Source: Phoronis australis
Lineage: Eukaryota > Animalia > Phoronida
Length of the DNA: 64,000 nt
NCBI GenBank assembly: GCA_002633005.1
Contig: NMRA01000111.1
Span: 655,112-719,111 of the forward strand
Direction: 5' to 3'
Positions 22,501 to 37,500 of the stretch are shown here, piece by piece. The position numbers were made by a program, and so were the translations under genes. The notes beneath the pieces were generated by a model. That model did no database searches and was not told where the DNA came from. It worked only from the letters and a program-made list of their open reading frames with translations. How positions within the stretch are numbered: position 1 is the stretch's first letter; each line of letters starts with the position of its first letter.

Positions 22501-25500
22501 CCCTTGCGTCCGATTTTAACCCAAAACCATAGGCCTGAGCTTTTCACGACATACACGACGTTTGTAAATTTCATGTCCAATGGATGAAAAATGCAACCTG
22601 CAGCATGAGTGCAATAGACCAACAAAAGTGCAGCGAAGAATTGGTCTATAAAAGAACAGTCATCTGACCAGTAAATCTTAAATAACTCAAGAACGGTGCC
22701 ACAGTGCCATCTTGTGTCCAGTTTGAATTGAAAAATTTAGGTCTCGAGCTATTATAGAGATACATTTTGTATGAAATTTGACGTGGAGTTGTCATGCGAA
22801 TAAGAGAAAATCTATAGAACCCACGTTGTTCTTGAACCCTGCGATGTGTGAGTGCCCTGAAGCCGGAAATGTACCAGTGTTGGATTTCAGTCATCAGTAA
22901 ATGGTGAATAAGTTGGAGCGAGAAGCTTTCTGTAAACATTTTGCAGCACTTGACGAGATCTGTTCATGTGTGTACCAAAGTTCTGACAGATTCATTTAAG
23001 GAGGCCAGAGCTACAGTATGAAACCCGTTTCTGAAAATCTCGTAGCGAGAAATGATCCGCACATTTCCAATAGCCCTTGACGAGATCTATTTATGTGCCA
23101 AGTTTCGCATGAAATCTTCTAAGGATGGCAAAGCTAGAGCTACACGAAGTGAAAATGTGAAAAAAACCATCACAGCGCTACCTTTGGTCATATTCACTCG
23201 AAAATGATAAGACTCGAGATATTAGCAAAGAAGATACATGTGTTTTATGTCCATTGGACAAAAAATGCGACCTGTGGTGTGCGTACAAACAAAGGAAAAA
23301 TTCAGTCAGGACAAAGCGACATACTTACAGAAATTTCATATCACCAAGTACATTGCTTTATCTCGAAGTTTTTTGTTTGAAGAAATTTCATTTCACCAAG
23401 TAGATATTGGCTGGCATCAAGTCCTGAGTTGAAACAATTATATATTACATGCCCGTACAAAAGGTTTGGACATGTGTTCATGTATATATAGTAAATATCC
23501 ATGTCACATCAGTTAATGTTGAAGCACTTATTGTTTCTTTTAATTTTGTTATTGTGATCAAAAACCTGACATAATTTGAAAAGGCATACCTTCATTACCA
23601 AGAGTTGCAGAATAAATTTTACTTCTTTTTATCATCACAAAAATAGGGGTTATGTTGGGTTCTATTTTTAAAATTGTGATATTTTTATATGTACCGAGTG
23701 GCAGAAATAGCCATGTTTCGGCCCATAAAATTCAGTTGAAACATAAATTTTTTATATCACATTGAAAAGTTTACTGGATTGAGCTATATAGGGATTGTTA
23801 AGGAATCATCAGCTATCAAAAAATAATCAAGATGTCCGAATTTTTAAATGTTCATAATCACAATTATTTCAAGAGTTTTGGTGTATGGTAAGTGCGTGTA
23901 CGGTGTGCTTTTGATCATTACATCTTCCTTGTAAGTGAGAAGTTAAATGAGCTGTGAATATCACAACCTGGTGAATTCTTTTTCATGAAGTCCGAATGAG
24001 GACAAATGCTGAAGACAAGCACTAAGTTCCGTGCACCTGGTGGGGATGCAAAAAGATCAGTGATGGTTATCTGTTGTAATCAAGGTTGCTTTGAATCACT
24101 ACAAAATGGTGACCAGGAGCACTGAAACATTGGTTGGAATTGTGTTGTCCAGTTTATGATGAATGCTTCCTTATAATAAATTGCTTATGAGAATAGCTGA
24201 AGTTTCAATAGAAACTGATACTGAAACTGATCATAACATGAAATACTAATTGTTTTGAGGTGCAGACGTAGAGTTGCAGTCTTCCTGATTTCGTCCAAAA
24301 ATTGACACAAGACTTTTTATCTTGTTATATTAAGCAATATATAATACCACAATTTTTTGTTTAATAAATCATAAATTAAATGCCAGATTAAGGAAACTGA
24401 CAACCTTCATACCGTGGGATCAACTTTCTTAAATATCTGAATAATTGTAAACCCATGAAACTTCTTATATTTAAAATCCTTGATGGTCACAGAAACTTGT
24501 GCACAAAAATAATGCCCAAATGTTTGTTTATCATGTGACTGAGTGTAATTTTCCATGGAGATTGTTGTAATGTATGCGCACATGGATGTTCAAGGAAATT
24601 TGACGTCTTCCTTTTGTCCACCAGCGTCTAGGCCTCGTAGACATTCACTGAAAATCCCTAACAAATTTCACATCTGGAATCTCTGTAAAACTCGTTCCCC
24701 CCAAAATAAAAACTGTCACATAATTACAAATTGCTGGGCATTATTTTGACATCTAACATTTTTTTTTGTTTTTTAAGAAGTTTTGTTTCATGAATAAGCA
24801 ATTGTTTTAAGAAATTAAACCCTTAGTAATGAAGGTCGTAAGTTAAATGTGATCTAGATTTTGCTGGTCTCTTAAAACATTTGATTCGATTTCCTTGCTT
24901 CATTTGAATTGTTGAAATGCATATTATAAAGTTCAACCTCGTTTGATTGAGTATTTGCTTTTAATGATTCATTGTGATTATTTGAAATAGAAGTTTTGTT
25001 GGTGTGCAAATGTTACAATATAACTTTTATATTTTACATAGGAATGCGAATTCCCAACTCATGAAAAAAGTAACTCGGCTTCAACAAGATCGTGAGCAAA
25101 CGGAAGATTCTCTGTTATCCAGTACAAGTTCTAACGGTTGGGTAACAGTCGACCCACATAAAAACATCAGCTACTCAGAGGTAGTTGTACGTATTAACTG
25201 TCCCCTCCATGCTCTGTTTGGCATGTTCTTGGTAAAAATGAGGTTACGGGATTATTTTTCCTTACCTACAAACATTCTTTTTTGTTTTGAATGCCTAGCT
25301 GAATTTTTCACCCCTGCCCTCTCATTTTATATTTGTCAATTGTGTTTCGCTCTGACTCATAACATGAGATGTGCAAACAGCTGTTGGGATTTAACAGCAA
25401 TTGGTTCTTATTCACACTGAGCATTCACATTTTGGCCAATCTAAATGTGAAAAAGGGCCAAATTTTCAGTGCAGTCTGCTTTAGATATTTTTAACCAAAG

Positions 25501-28500
25501 TGCAATAGTCCTGGTAACTGTTGCTGGTTATTTTGTTTAGCATCCCAAAGTTTGTTGCAGTAACCACACTTCCTAGTATCATGAATGCCACTCTGGTTCT
25601 GAATTATTTACCCACAATTCTGTTGTGCTTATCACTATTTTTCATCAAAATTGGTTCACCATTGGCCGTTCTAAATAAAGTTTCATTGCTGTACTATGAG
25701 TTGCAATGCTGCCTTAAAAATATTTGAAAAGGTGTGCGACATTCCAATCTTTAATGTGGTACTTGACTCAAAAATTTGTCAGCAGCCAAATCTTTCGAAA
25801 ATTGAACCAGCCGTACAATTCATGTTTCTACCTCTGCAAAAGAGTGTGGTTGATGTCATTGCTTTTGAACTGTTTAGTGGACTCTAACAATAGTTAACAC
25901 AGACAACACCAAGAACTTAACTCTCTGTTGACTTTGCAGGTTGGGTAGGCAAGGCAGCGTAGCATATTTTTACCAAGAAAATGCCAATTCTTACACTTTC
26001 ATAGGCAAATGGGTGCAAAGGTACTTCATACTAGCTTTCCCATCTTTGAAAACCAAATGATTCAATAAATTCAACAGCTTTGCTGTTTGAATATTGCCAA
26101 CCACAGCTGTGTACCATGAAAAGTGACCTAAGTCTGAGATTTAGTCTTATGCTCCCTCTTGGCTTTTGCTAATGATTTCTTGTAGATTTGTTATTACCGC
26201 ACTATCAAATTACCCAACTCAGAGACTTTGTGGATAACTTAAATTTGATTAAATTACTCTTCTGAAGTGTTTGTGTGGAGCATAAGACATTTTTTGTGAT
26301 TTAAGTCACTGTCTTGAAACAGACCCCTTGTGTCCAGATTTTTATGTCTAGTTTCATGTTTATTTTTTCCTAATCGTCCGTGCTGTTAATTGTTTATGCT
26401 TCTTGATTGCCACTATAAAAGCACTTGAAATCATGACAACACAAAACAAGTGGAACAAAACAAAAATATGATACTCAAATAATGCATGTAAAAGTTAAGA
26501 TGACATTAAAGGGAAAACAAATAGTTATAGAATATTAAAGAAACTAATAAAAACACTTCAGGTAATGAAATAATGAAAATTCTCTGAATAAAATAAAATG
26601 AAGCTAATATAAAATTGGCAAACATTGTAGGTAATAAACCATAATTTGATTAATATTAAGAAGCATAAACAATGATTGCATGGATTGCAATTGATTCTTT
26701 GTCAAAAATGTTGACATTCTTTGAATCACCTTGCATGTCTTTTCTCTTCAAGAGTGTCTGCAGATATATTTGTTAATGTTTCTTGTCTTTTCTCAGTGTT
26801 GCTTTTTATGCACCCACACATTTATATGTGGGTGCATATTGCCGTCATGTCTTTACTTAATTTAGCAAGTGTATTAACATGATGTTGACAACAGACAACG
26901 AGGAGTTTCGGACGGATCTGACCACTGGTGTGCCCCAAGTGGCAATTTTAGTTTTTTTACGTATCTTCAAAGGTCCTCAACAGATTTTCATAAAATTTTG
27001 AATATAGGTATCTATTGGTGAGATGATGCTATCCTCGTGTTTTTGGATGGAATCGAGGTATTTTGCACCGCCTAGTGGCCATTTTTGTTGTTTTCAAACC
27101 CTGTTTTTGGCGACCACCACTCTATCAACCAAATCATTCTAGAGATGGTTTTGAAAATTGACGTAAATGTTTTCAGTGTGAAGAGGATGTTTGATGATGG
27201 TGACTGACTACTGTGGTAGTTTTGTTTTGTTTTGCGCCCATAGCCATATGAAGATAACAGACGACTTTCAGGCGGATCCAACTGTTTCTGTGCCCCCTAG
27301 TGGCAATTTCATTTTATTCTGTTTTCCATTGTTTCTCTGAAGTTCCTTGACAGATTTTTATGAAATATGGCATGTTCCCGTTTTTTGGATAGATTGTACG
27401 TTTTTGCGCCATATAGTGGCCATTTTTGGTGATACTTAATCTTGGTCTGTTCATGGCTTTCTTGTGGTGTGAAATTTGGATGCTTTTAAAAGAAATTTAT
27501 CCTGGCACAAGTGGCGTGCTGACGGGACAAAATGTTCGCAACACAACATTGTTGATACTTTTTTTATGAAGCTAGTGTGCTTGAAATGAATTTTTGGGAA
27601 ACACCGTGATGGTAATACTTCGTCAAATTTTAGAAGTCAGAAGACATGCAAAAATGCTCACTTCATTTCATGGATCATAAATACTTGATCTTGAAGATAA
27701 CTTCATGTGAAAGTAATGTATGCCATACATGAACCTCTTAACTGAGACTGTTAAAATTAGAATTTCCTGTCACATGATGCTGACTTTTGCACACACTTTT
27801 CAGTGATCTCTTTGTTTCTGCTTTTTTGGGAAAGTCCCACTAACTCTAACAATGACTTCTTTCCTTGTCCATTTATTTCTTCGAGTCATATTATCTTTTT
27901 CCTAGTTGGGGAATCTGTTAACACCTCTTTTGTTGACTTGTCACATTTAAGTAGTGCCTGTACACTAAAGTATGCTTGTCACACATGCTAACAGTTTAAG
28001 TGGCAAAATACTAATAGTTTTAGCCAGTCGGGTGGCTGGGGGGTGATTGTCCACAATTGAGTCATTTTTACCAGCAGTTGGCTTGTATTTTCACCACCAG
28101 TATATAGTTGATTTGGTTACCATGTTAAAGCAATCTGCCCACAAAATGACTCTTGCTACTGTTCACATTTGTTACTACCATTCACACTGCCTCTCTTGCA
28201 TCTCATCTAGCTGACGCACCAGTCACTGCAACACTCCGTATTCTTGCACCGGTCATCGCAACTCTCTGAATTCTCGCACTGGTCACTGCAACACTGTTCT
28301 TTGGTTTGTCGAAGTCACCTTTATACTCTCTATTAACTTATCAATTAATGTCAGTAATTCAAGGTTGCAGATATGTCTAGAGCACTACATCTCTAATTGT
28401 CTGTTTTCTGGCAAGGAAATAATCATGCTACCTTACAAATTGCATATAATTATACAACAGGACAGTGGTTGGCAATGTTAAAAATGTGATAACACCTAAA

Positions 28501-31500
28501 TCTGTTGACTTACTGTGTTAGAGTGTACTTATGTGGTAATTTTTTAATTATTTTGTTTGCAGTAACAGAAATGTTTCCAGTCCTTCATTTATGGAAATAA
28601 AATGTTTTAATTTTACAATTACAGTACACAACAAAGTTAAATGTTTCCCTCGTCATGATGGTTAATTTTGTTAACAGCTAAATAAACTATTATGGCATCA
28701 AAATTCTTATGACAGAGTGGTGTAGCCATCTTACTATTTTTCTGTTAATTCCCCTTCGTTCTCAGTCATGAAGTATGGCCACTGACAATGAATTCAGCAT
28801 CTGCCCAACCGTCATAACAGGACTCTTGGTCATTTTGTGTGAATACTCCTAGCATGTACTGTTAATTTATCTTTTGCTATGGCTAATCTGGCTAGTGTAT
28901 CTAACCCTAGGTCTGACAAATGAACCACATGGGCACCAAACTTCCTTGTTATGTCATCAAATGACTCCTTATCCTTGTGACTCCTGTTTCCTTAATGTTT
29001 GAGCTCATCACACATGTACTGATCATAGTAAGCATGTGTTATTGATAGTTCATGCTTTGATTGAAAAGGCATGGTCTGCCCCCACTCCTTACTGTAGTAG
29101 TAGCATGTCATACTCATGTGGACAGCAGGTGTTCCAGACATTAGGTTAATACACTAGAGGTTAAGTTAGGTCTTATGCCACAATGGGGTTTGCCAAATCC
29201 ATCCTCTGTTTGCTTGATGGCTTGTACAGGATTTTCCCCAGCTTTTAAACAAACCAAAGTACTGTTAAGTTGTTTTGATATTTCTGTGCCATCTGTGTGA
29301 GAGTGGTTGTAGTGTATAATTGATAACTATTTTTGATCTCAACACAGCTGTCACTAAAGTGGTTATGGGAGCTGTGCTTGTAATGTGTGCAGACTTGTGT
29401 GATCCTATCGGTGTTGGCTGCAGCCGAGATTATAGTGTGATTCCTGATGGTCTAGTGTCAACAAAACTTGGCATCATGTGTTGAATTAATTGCATTTTTT
29501 GTCATTTCAAGGAAAACTGTTTCAGCTGTAATTGGTTTGTTTGGTTATATGTCCAACAAGGACATTTTGGAAATTGACTTTTAAAGATTTACTAGTATTT
29601 TATATCCTGTTTTACTATTTGTTTGCTGAAACTGAGATTGAAAGACACTCTTTGCATAAGACACCCACAAGTGCTTGCTGTTACTGTAAATGGTAATTCA
29701 AATGACATTTCTAATTTTGTATCTGGCTTATGGTAAAACTGGCTGCACTCTAACTCTGTCTTCTTATTCATACTGACAGAAACTTTCTGAAAATGTGAAC
29801 ATTAACAATTGTCGAATTTGTCATTATTCAAGTATTAATTTTTTGCCAAGCTGTACTTGTATAACAAAAATGAGTTTCAAAATATGCAGGGTAGTGACTG
29901 TTGTACAATACAGAGTGCGCTTGTAATGAAGTATAATTTTGCTTTCAAATTACTTCAGATGATAAATTTGGACAACTAAAATTTCCCTGCCCTTGTGTTC
30001 TAAATTAGTGAAATGTCACTGTAATTCAAATCTCAAAGAATCTAGACACACCTGCTGCATCAGAGTTTTCTTGCAATAATTTTCTTTTATTCAGAGAAGT
30101 ACCCTCCGAGTGCAGTCTGTTTGCTTTAGTGCCTACATTAATGAACCAGATGGCAACTTAAGTTTCACAAATAAAACTAGCAAAAGTTAATTGTTTTTGT
30201 CATTTAACCCTTTCTTTCTGTAGGATAATGAGCAGACAAAACTTGTTCAGGCAGCCCCCTTGACAAATGATATTGTTATTGCACAGTACAAGAGACACAT
30301 TGACCAGGTGAGTGTTTTATGTGTTTTTCATAATTAACTTAAAAATCACAACTGCAGCTTGATGGTGAAAAAGTTCATAGTATGATCTTATTTTCTAACT
30401 GAAAAATTTAAAGCGATTGTCAGCCTTCGCCTTCCTTTTCCCATTTTTCATCAAATTAGCTTTTTAACTACACTTAAATCTTTAGAATTAAATATTTTCA
30501 GGATTGTCAATAGAGTAAAACATCAAAGTGCTTAAACCACCTTGTTTTCACAAGTGACTATCACTGTCTATAAAATTAAAATTAGCCTTCCTTTATAGCA
30601 CTGCTTATTGCAACGGTGAATCCAGTATGCTAAAAACGAGAAATAAAGGGACTTAAGTGAACGTTTCTTAGCTCCAAGATCAGGACAATAAATTTCTAAA
30701 AACCCTAAACTGTGGGTAACTTTTTCGGCGTTTGAAGTACATCTTCTTACTTGCTATCCTCAAGGAATCATGTCTCAGATTTTTATTTCCCTTTGATCAA
30801 AAGATATCCGTCAAATTGTTATCTAAAATGTCCTATTTTTAGCTGAGGATATCTCCATTGTGAATCAGAAATGTGAGACACTCTTCCTTCTGTCATAGAC
30901 CTTAATAGAAATGCTAAATTGCATCCGCATTGAAACTTGCTTAAATTAGAAATTGACTTTCAGAATCAACAAAAGGTTTGAAAGTTATTGACAAATTGCC
31001 ACATGATCGAAATTAATGAAAATTACCCAAACAACTCGCCTACGTATTGAATAGCAGCAAACATGTACCTGCTGTATACATTACATGAAATATTAACTGT
31101 TTGGAAATTTGTATAAAGATTGACAATTATGTTAATGACTGATGTTTTATTGATAAACTTGAGAACATTATGTACTGTTCTCCTGAAGTGTAAAAATCAA
31201 GGAAATCCACTATCAGGATATAATCTTGGATCACGCTCGATTAAACTTGTCAAGCACGCCTTTTGTATTGGTACACAATATTGTGGTTAAGCTGGTCAGA
31301 GCTTACAGTCACACAAAGGAATCTACAGTTGAAAGTTAAGAGTAATTTCTCTGAAATTCAACCGTTTTTCAACATTCAAAGTTTTTTGGTGAAAACATTT
31401 CATACAAAACACATCTGCTTCACATCATTTGTTCAAAGTCCTTTGCAAATAGTATTTTTAAATATCCAGTAGCATCAGGCATGCTGTTTACAACATAATT

Positions 31501-34500
31501 GAGCTTATCAGATGAAAGCAGACAATAAGAGAGCTGGACTGTGTAAGCAGTGGTTTGCCACTGTCAAACTTACAAGGATATTGCTGTATCCAGGATTGGC
31601 CCACCAGTCAATCAGGATATTCATTCCACAGCACCAGGGTGCATAAGGAGACTGATCATTTTTATTCTCATCTAATCAATTCAATGCAGTAGTTTCCACA
31701 TCATAGAAATAAGTAAACATGTTGTGTATGTGTATTTAAGCCACAATTCCACAGTGTATAGAAGAGATGTTAACTAGCCTTTAGATTTGCAGTTTGTGTA
31801 ATCATATAATTCCTGTGAGAATGAAGACTGTTTTGCAGTTTTCAAACTATTGATTGGGTTAATGTCAGACCATTCAAATTTCTTCTTGTCTGTCGTAACT
31901 GCTAAACAGGAATTCCAACACAACTGAGTTCCGTTGATGCAAGAGTCTTACGAGAGAAGTCGTGGTCACGCACTTTGTAAAACCTTGCATGATCTACGGA
32001 ACGCACACCAGTTCCCCAACGTAGGATGATGATATTTTCAGTATAGGTATCGTTAGTGTCGGCCATTTTCCCTGTTATTATTTCGCTTCTGTGAGCATTT
32101 TCCTTGGGGTCCTTGAATGTTTGATGTCAATGTGTATTGTTTATTTATTATGGTGACAAGTACATTGTTCGTTGATATCAGCAACATATGAATAAAATTT
32201 ATTCTGTCACCCTATTGCATTTGTCAACTAGTTGAAAGATGCCAATAAGAAATGGGAAGAACACTTCAAGAAAACCCAGGAAGAGTTCAATCGTCAGTTG
32301 GGCTACATTGAAAAGGAAAAGGATGATTTGACGCGACAAATTGGAGAGCTCCAATCAGCAGAGGAAAAAAGACAAATAGAAATTGACCGTATCCTGTTGA
32401 CTGCCAAAAAACGCTATCAAGATGAGGAAGTATGTTTCTTAGAGACTTATATTTAGGGCAGAAACTGCTTGATTTGTCAGTATGTTTAATATCGTCAATT
32501 GATATTATTAGTAGTCTGTATGTATTGCAAGCGCAAAAATATGAATGCAAAAAAATCCTGGGCCTGTGTTTCACAGCTATTCTTTTGCTGTACATTTCGT
32601 GCTCCAAAATACTCTGAATAGAAGGTAACCATTATTTACTGATAAGAGACCATAATTGAGTTATGGTACCTTTTAAACCTTTTAAATCCACACAAATATG
32701 GACTGGAGCAAAGTTATTGAGTAGAAACTTTAGCTAGTACTTGCATAAAGTCACCCGCAAACCTGATTATATCAAATTGAAATCACAAACTTTCAATTAG
32801 AGTAACTAAACTTATCCGTCAGTGAATCTTTCATTTGAAGCAACCAATAAACTCCATTGGGTCCATTGTTAATCGCATTGCAGAAGTTAATTGGTTTCTG
32901 CATGGTGTGTAGTGAAGTATGCTGTTGAAAAAGTTTTGGCTCAGTATTGAAAGTCATTCTTTGGTTAGATCATTGCAGGATAATTATCTCATGTTTTAAT
33001 GCCTTGCTTGAACTTGACTTGTTCATTTGATTGCATAAACCAAGTATTACTACTATCACGTCACTTGGGTATCATTACAATGATGTCACTTGAGGGGAAA
33101 GATAGAGCAGACTTTGGTCATTCCTCACTTAGCTATTCAGGATAGATAGAAGATAGTCAAACAAACAATTCAGCGAGGACCCTAAACTCTTTGTTAGATG
33201 TGTTTAGTTACACAGTCCAATTGATACAGTTGCATGACTAAGGGTGCATTGAGGGTGAGTGACACCCATGATTTATAAGTGCCCCAAAATTGTAAGCAGC
33301 TGCGGATTAGTTACCCCCTCCATGCCCAAAATGGGTGCAGTTCGGAATAATGTTGACTACCTAAATCGAAACAAAGGGTTCCCCTCCAAAATATGACCCA
33401 AAACAGTGGATTTCAATGCTGGAACTTTGACTATTTCCTTGCTGTTTGTTGTATGAGATGCCTTGTTTCACAAGACTTGCGAATTAAAAAGCAACCTTGT
33501 TTAACCATCATGTTTGTAGTTGGTGATAGTGACTAATTGTTTTCTGTGATTTTCAAGACCCAGAAAGAAGATGCACTCCAGGAACTTCACATGGTAAATG
33601 TTCAGAAAGAACAACTTCAGAAGCAGTTGCATGCTCTCGAGAATCAAAGGCAACAGAGAGAGGTAAGTGTATAGTGAGTGTAAATGTGAAAAATAGTTGA
33701 ATTGTTTGGTTAATGGTTTGGTTCTAGTGTAATATTAAGACAACTTTCCATTTAGTTCTTTAATGAAAATTAAATATTGTGTTTGCTTACAGTTGGTGTC
33801 TGCACTGAAGTCACACTTCAGATATTTGTTGCCAACTACATTGAAGCCAATTGTAGTTCATTTACTAGTCATGTGACTTCAGGTTGTCTTTGGTAATGTG
33901 AAGACTTTCTTCTCACGTACATAGATGACTTCAACCAAATAGTAAGCGTGTCTCAGTTACCTTGAGGACGATCATGACGGAACTGTCTTGGCTATGACTA
34001 TAAAGGTATAGTCGGATAATGAGTGATTGTTATGTTAAAATGTTGAAGCCAAGTTCCATGCCAGAACTAACGAGCAATGCAGAGCGTTGGTATGCACCCA
34101 TTGTTTGCATTGTATCGGTGTAGATGTATGTGATTATAATTATTCTAAACATTCCTACTAAAGGCAACAATGCATGCTAATAAACCTAAAATAGCCTCTA
34201 GGGGGCATATAGCAAGTCAGTAATGCTCTCAATAGGCACGTGCCTGCCATCTTTATTAATTCTTCAAGAAATTTGAAAGATATGGAGTCTGACAACAAAG
34301 GACACAAAAATGAAATTAAGGCCATTGGTGGGCAAAATGTATGTCGAATCCATCGAAAACGAGATCAGTGGTGTTGTCTACATGACTGTAACTTTTATGA
34401 AGTTTCTTGACCATCCAAAGAAATTGCCACTAGACAACTACACAGATGTTGGGATTAAATTTGACTGGACGTGCATTTCTAAGGAACATGACAACAGCTG

Positions 34501-37500
34501 ACCGCAAGTTACAGACGGATCCAATATTGGCATATCTGTGTTCCTACTGGGAAGTGCATGACTGACAATGATTTTTGAATGGGTCGGACTCCTGTGGTGC
34601 CCTCTTGTGTCAATTTCTTATCTGTGATTCAATACAAGTTATTTGATGGATCTGTCCAAAATTTGGCCCATGACGACTTATTTGCAATAGGATTATATTC
34701 TGCAAAATCTCACGAACATCCATCAAGGGGTTTTGGAGAATCAGCAGCTGACAGATGGGGATCACGATATAATGCTCCCACTTTTATGAAGGTGTTGTGC
34801 ATAAAACTGGTCTGTTAATCAGTCCCTAAAGAACAAAATTACTGTGTGATTTACTGTCATTAGGTATGTGCTCATTTAGTCCCAACTCACTTGAATATAA
34901 AACTCCGGCTGAATTTGAATTGAGACGCATGTTCTTAATACCAGAAGCACTAGAGTAAAACCAAGATACAAGTTTTAAAATTGGTAATTGGTGAATCTTC
35001 ACTTTGAAAATGGCAAAAAAATACAAAAATGTCCACTTTTTAAAATGAGGGACATCCAACTGCGCCTGTAAATGAATCTTAGGCGCATGTGTGCTATGTG
35101 TGCAAAACACTTGAAGGCAAAGAAATCTTTTTCAGATTTCGATAACTGAGTCTGAATATGTCATATGTCATATAAGGCGTCCAGTAGTGGTTTGTTACAG
35201 TTGTACTGAACACAGTTCCTAAGTTGTCAAAATATGTTGTTGAATGTCTACACAAAAATGTACTACAAACAGAAGTTGCTAATTCAGTGGGTCTGCATTC
35301 TGCAGTTCATTCAGTTGATTTACATCTGCTCACTGTAAATTGTCTGCGGAATGAGCTGAATGAGAATTTCATTGTTATTGTCTCAATTATTAATTTAATT
35401 AAATCAAATTGTATGAAAGCAGGAACTGGTCACAAAGCTATCTCTCTTTTCTTGGAATAATTTGATAGGAGTCCTTTTTCTTGACAAAACTGACCGAGGC
35501 TGCAGTATTGTGCTTTTAATCAGGTTTGCTCGATGTAGAACGCTCTTCTGTTTATGGAACTTGGCATTGGGAAAAGGGCACTTTGAAAAGTCTTTATGAA
35601 CAGTTGAGTCTATGTATACCGTCACTTACATGCATGGTTTGTTGTAGGGAATGCAGACTGCTCCCGCTCAATTTGAACAGGGCCACCTCGATGCCAATGT
35701 CTATGCCTTGCACGAGGAAATAGCTGTGTTGAAGCAGCAGGTTGGTACAATTTTCTTGGAGTAATTCTTCGCCGTGTTATGCTTGGCAAAAGATGGATGT
35801 GGTAGAAAGGTTTTTCAACTGAGTAGCTGGTGTGGCAGAACAGTAGAAACGATGGAATCCTGTTTCAAAAATAAGAAAATGCCTGCTTCATATCTGGTAT
35901 CTCAGATTGAAAAAATATTTATTAACATAATATTCATGTTTACATTGATTTAATGCATTTTACCAGCTTGCACAATGTCTCTCTATAGTATCCCTAAAGT
36001 GATGGTATACCCATTAGTAACGTAGTGTGTTGTTCTGTTTAGTGTGCAGGTGAACACCAAGAACATCGTGTATATCCAGTATATATCACTGTGACTAAAT
36101 CGTGAGAACACTGAGAGCGTGCGTGTGTACTGTTGGCTGCGTTTATTAAAAAATTATTTTTCATGCGTTGTAGACTAAAGAAGTCATGCAATTTATGGGT
36201 GTCAAAGCTAAAAATGTCGCTTTTGTTTTGAAAGTTGCAGTCAGTAAAAATGCTGCCTCACAGATGCGTTGATCATGTGATTCACCTTCTGTGCATGTCC
36301 GTCCTATTGTGTGAAAATTGCATTATATTCCTGGTAGGTTTCGATTAGGAATCATTTTGCATTACTACACAAAATTGCCAGATCAGAATTTTCATTTCCA
36401 ACAAACATGGCTGAAATAATTTGGGATCAGGAGCATACTTCTCACTTGAAAGTCTTTATGAGGCCTGTCAATCTAAGACCAGACTGTTGTTGCCGGATGA
36501 CTGGGTGGGATTTTCATTTGGTGAGGGACACAACGGGTTAGTGGAAATAATTCCTGTGCTAAAGAAAGTTTCTGGAATTTCGAAATACATGTGAATGCAG
36601 CTATTGACGGCTATTTGGAATACATCAGGGCTTGGAATTTTCCGCGGAAACGCGGATTTCCGCTTTTTTCAAATGTTCTGTCTGCGCATTTTATTATATT
36701 TCCGTGTAAAAAAATTGGATTTGATATAAAATTTCCGCGGCAAATTCGTTTCTTACCGCGGCATTGCAGACGACGTTCACCTCGAAAAGCGGAAGTTGCT
36801 CTTTATGTTTCGGAGGAACGTAAATTGTCAACATTGCCGGGGCATCTGGGTAAGCGTGGGGATTTTCAATGGCGTCTCGTGTTATTGTAAACCGCGGCGA
36901 CAAATACTACGGCTCTGCAGCCAAAAATGTGTGGGTTGGGAGTGGAAGGACGAGCTAAAAGGACGCAGACGCATGCTAGTGATGGTGGTAATGTTTTTTT
37001 TTTTACTAGTCCTCCCGATTTTTGTCAGGGAAAGGTTCTCATCGACCATTTCAAGGCTGGGCAGCGCATTTTTGCCATTGGTCATTCCAAGCCCTGATAC
37101 ATGCAAAGAGGGGAGAACATTGTGATAACCATGGAACTGTTGTAATTGTTTTTTCTCTCACACAAAAACACTGTTTGTTCTTTAAAATCCTTGGATCTGA
37201 TTTTTAGAGTCTGCTGAATACATTTCATTTTATTCAAGTTGATTCTTAAAATTTTCTATTAAAAGCTGCCACAAAGCCGTCTCACAGGCAGCTTCCTGTC
37301 GTCCATACTCTGTTATTACATTTGCTTGTGCATAGATTTTCTCCCAAACCCCTTGACGGCTTGGCAAATTCTGATGACACTTGCACAAAGATATATGAGG
37401 AGAATGCACTGGCACCTGACGTATTCAAGTATAGCTCCTTCTGTTGGCCACTTTAGTTTTTAGTTAGATATTGAGATGCGCTGGCGCTTATTGATTGTTG

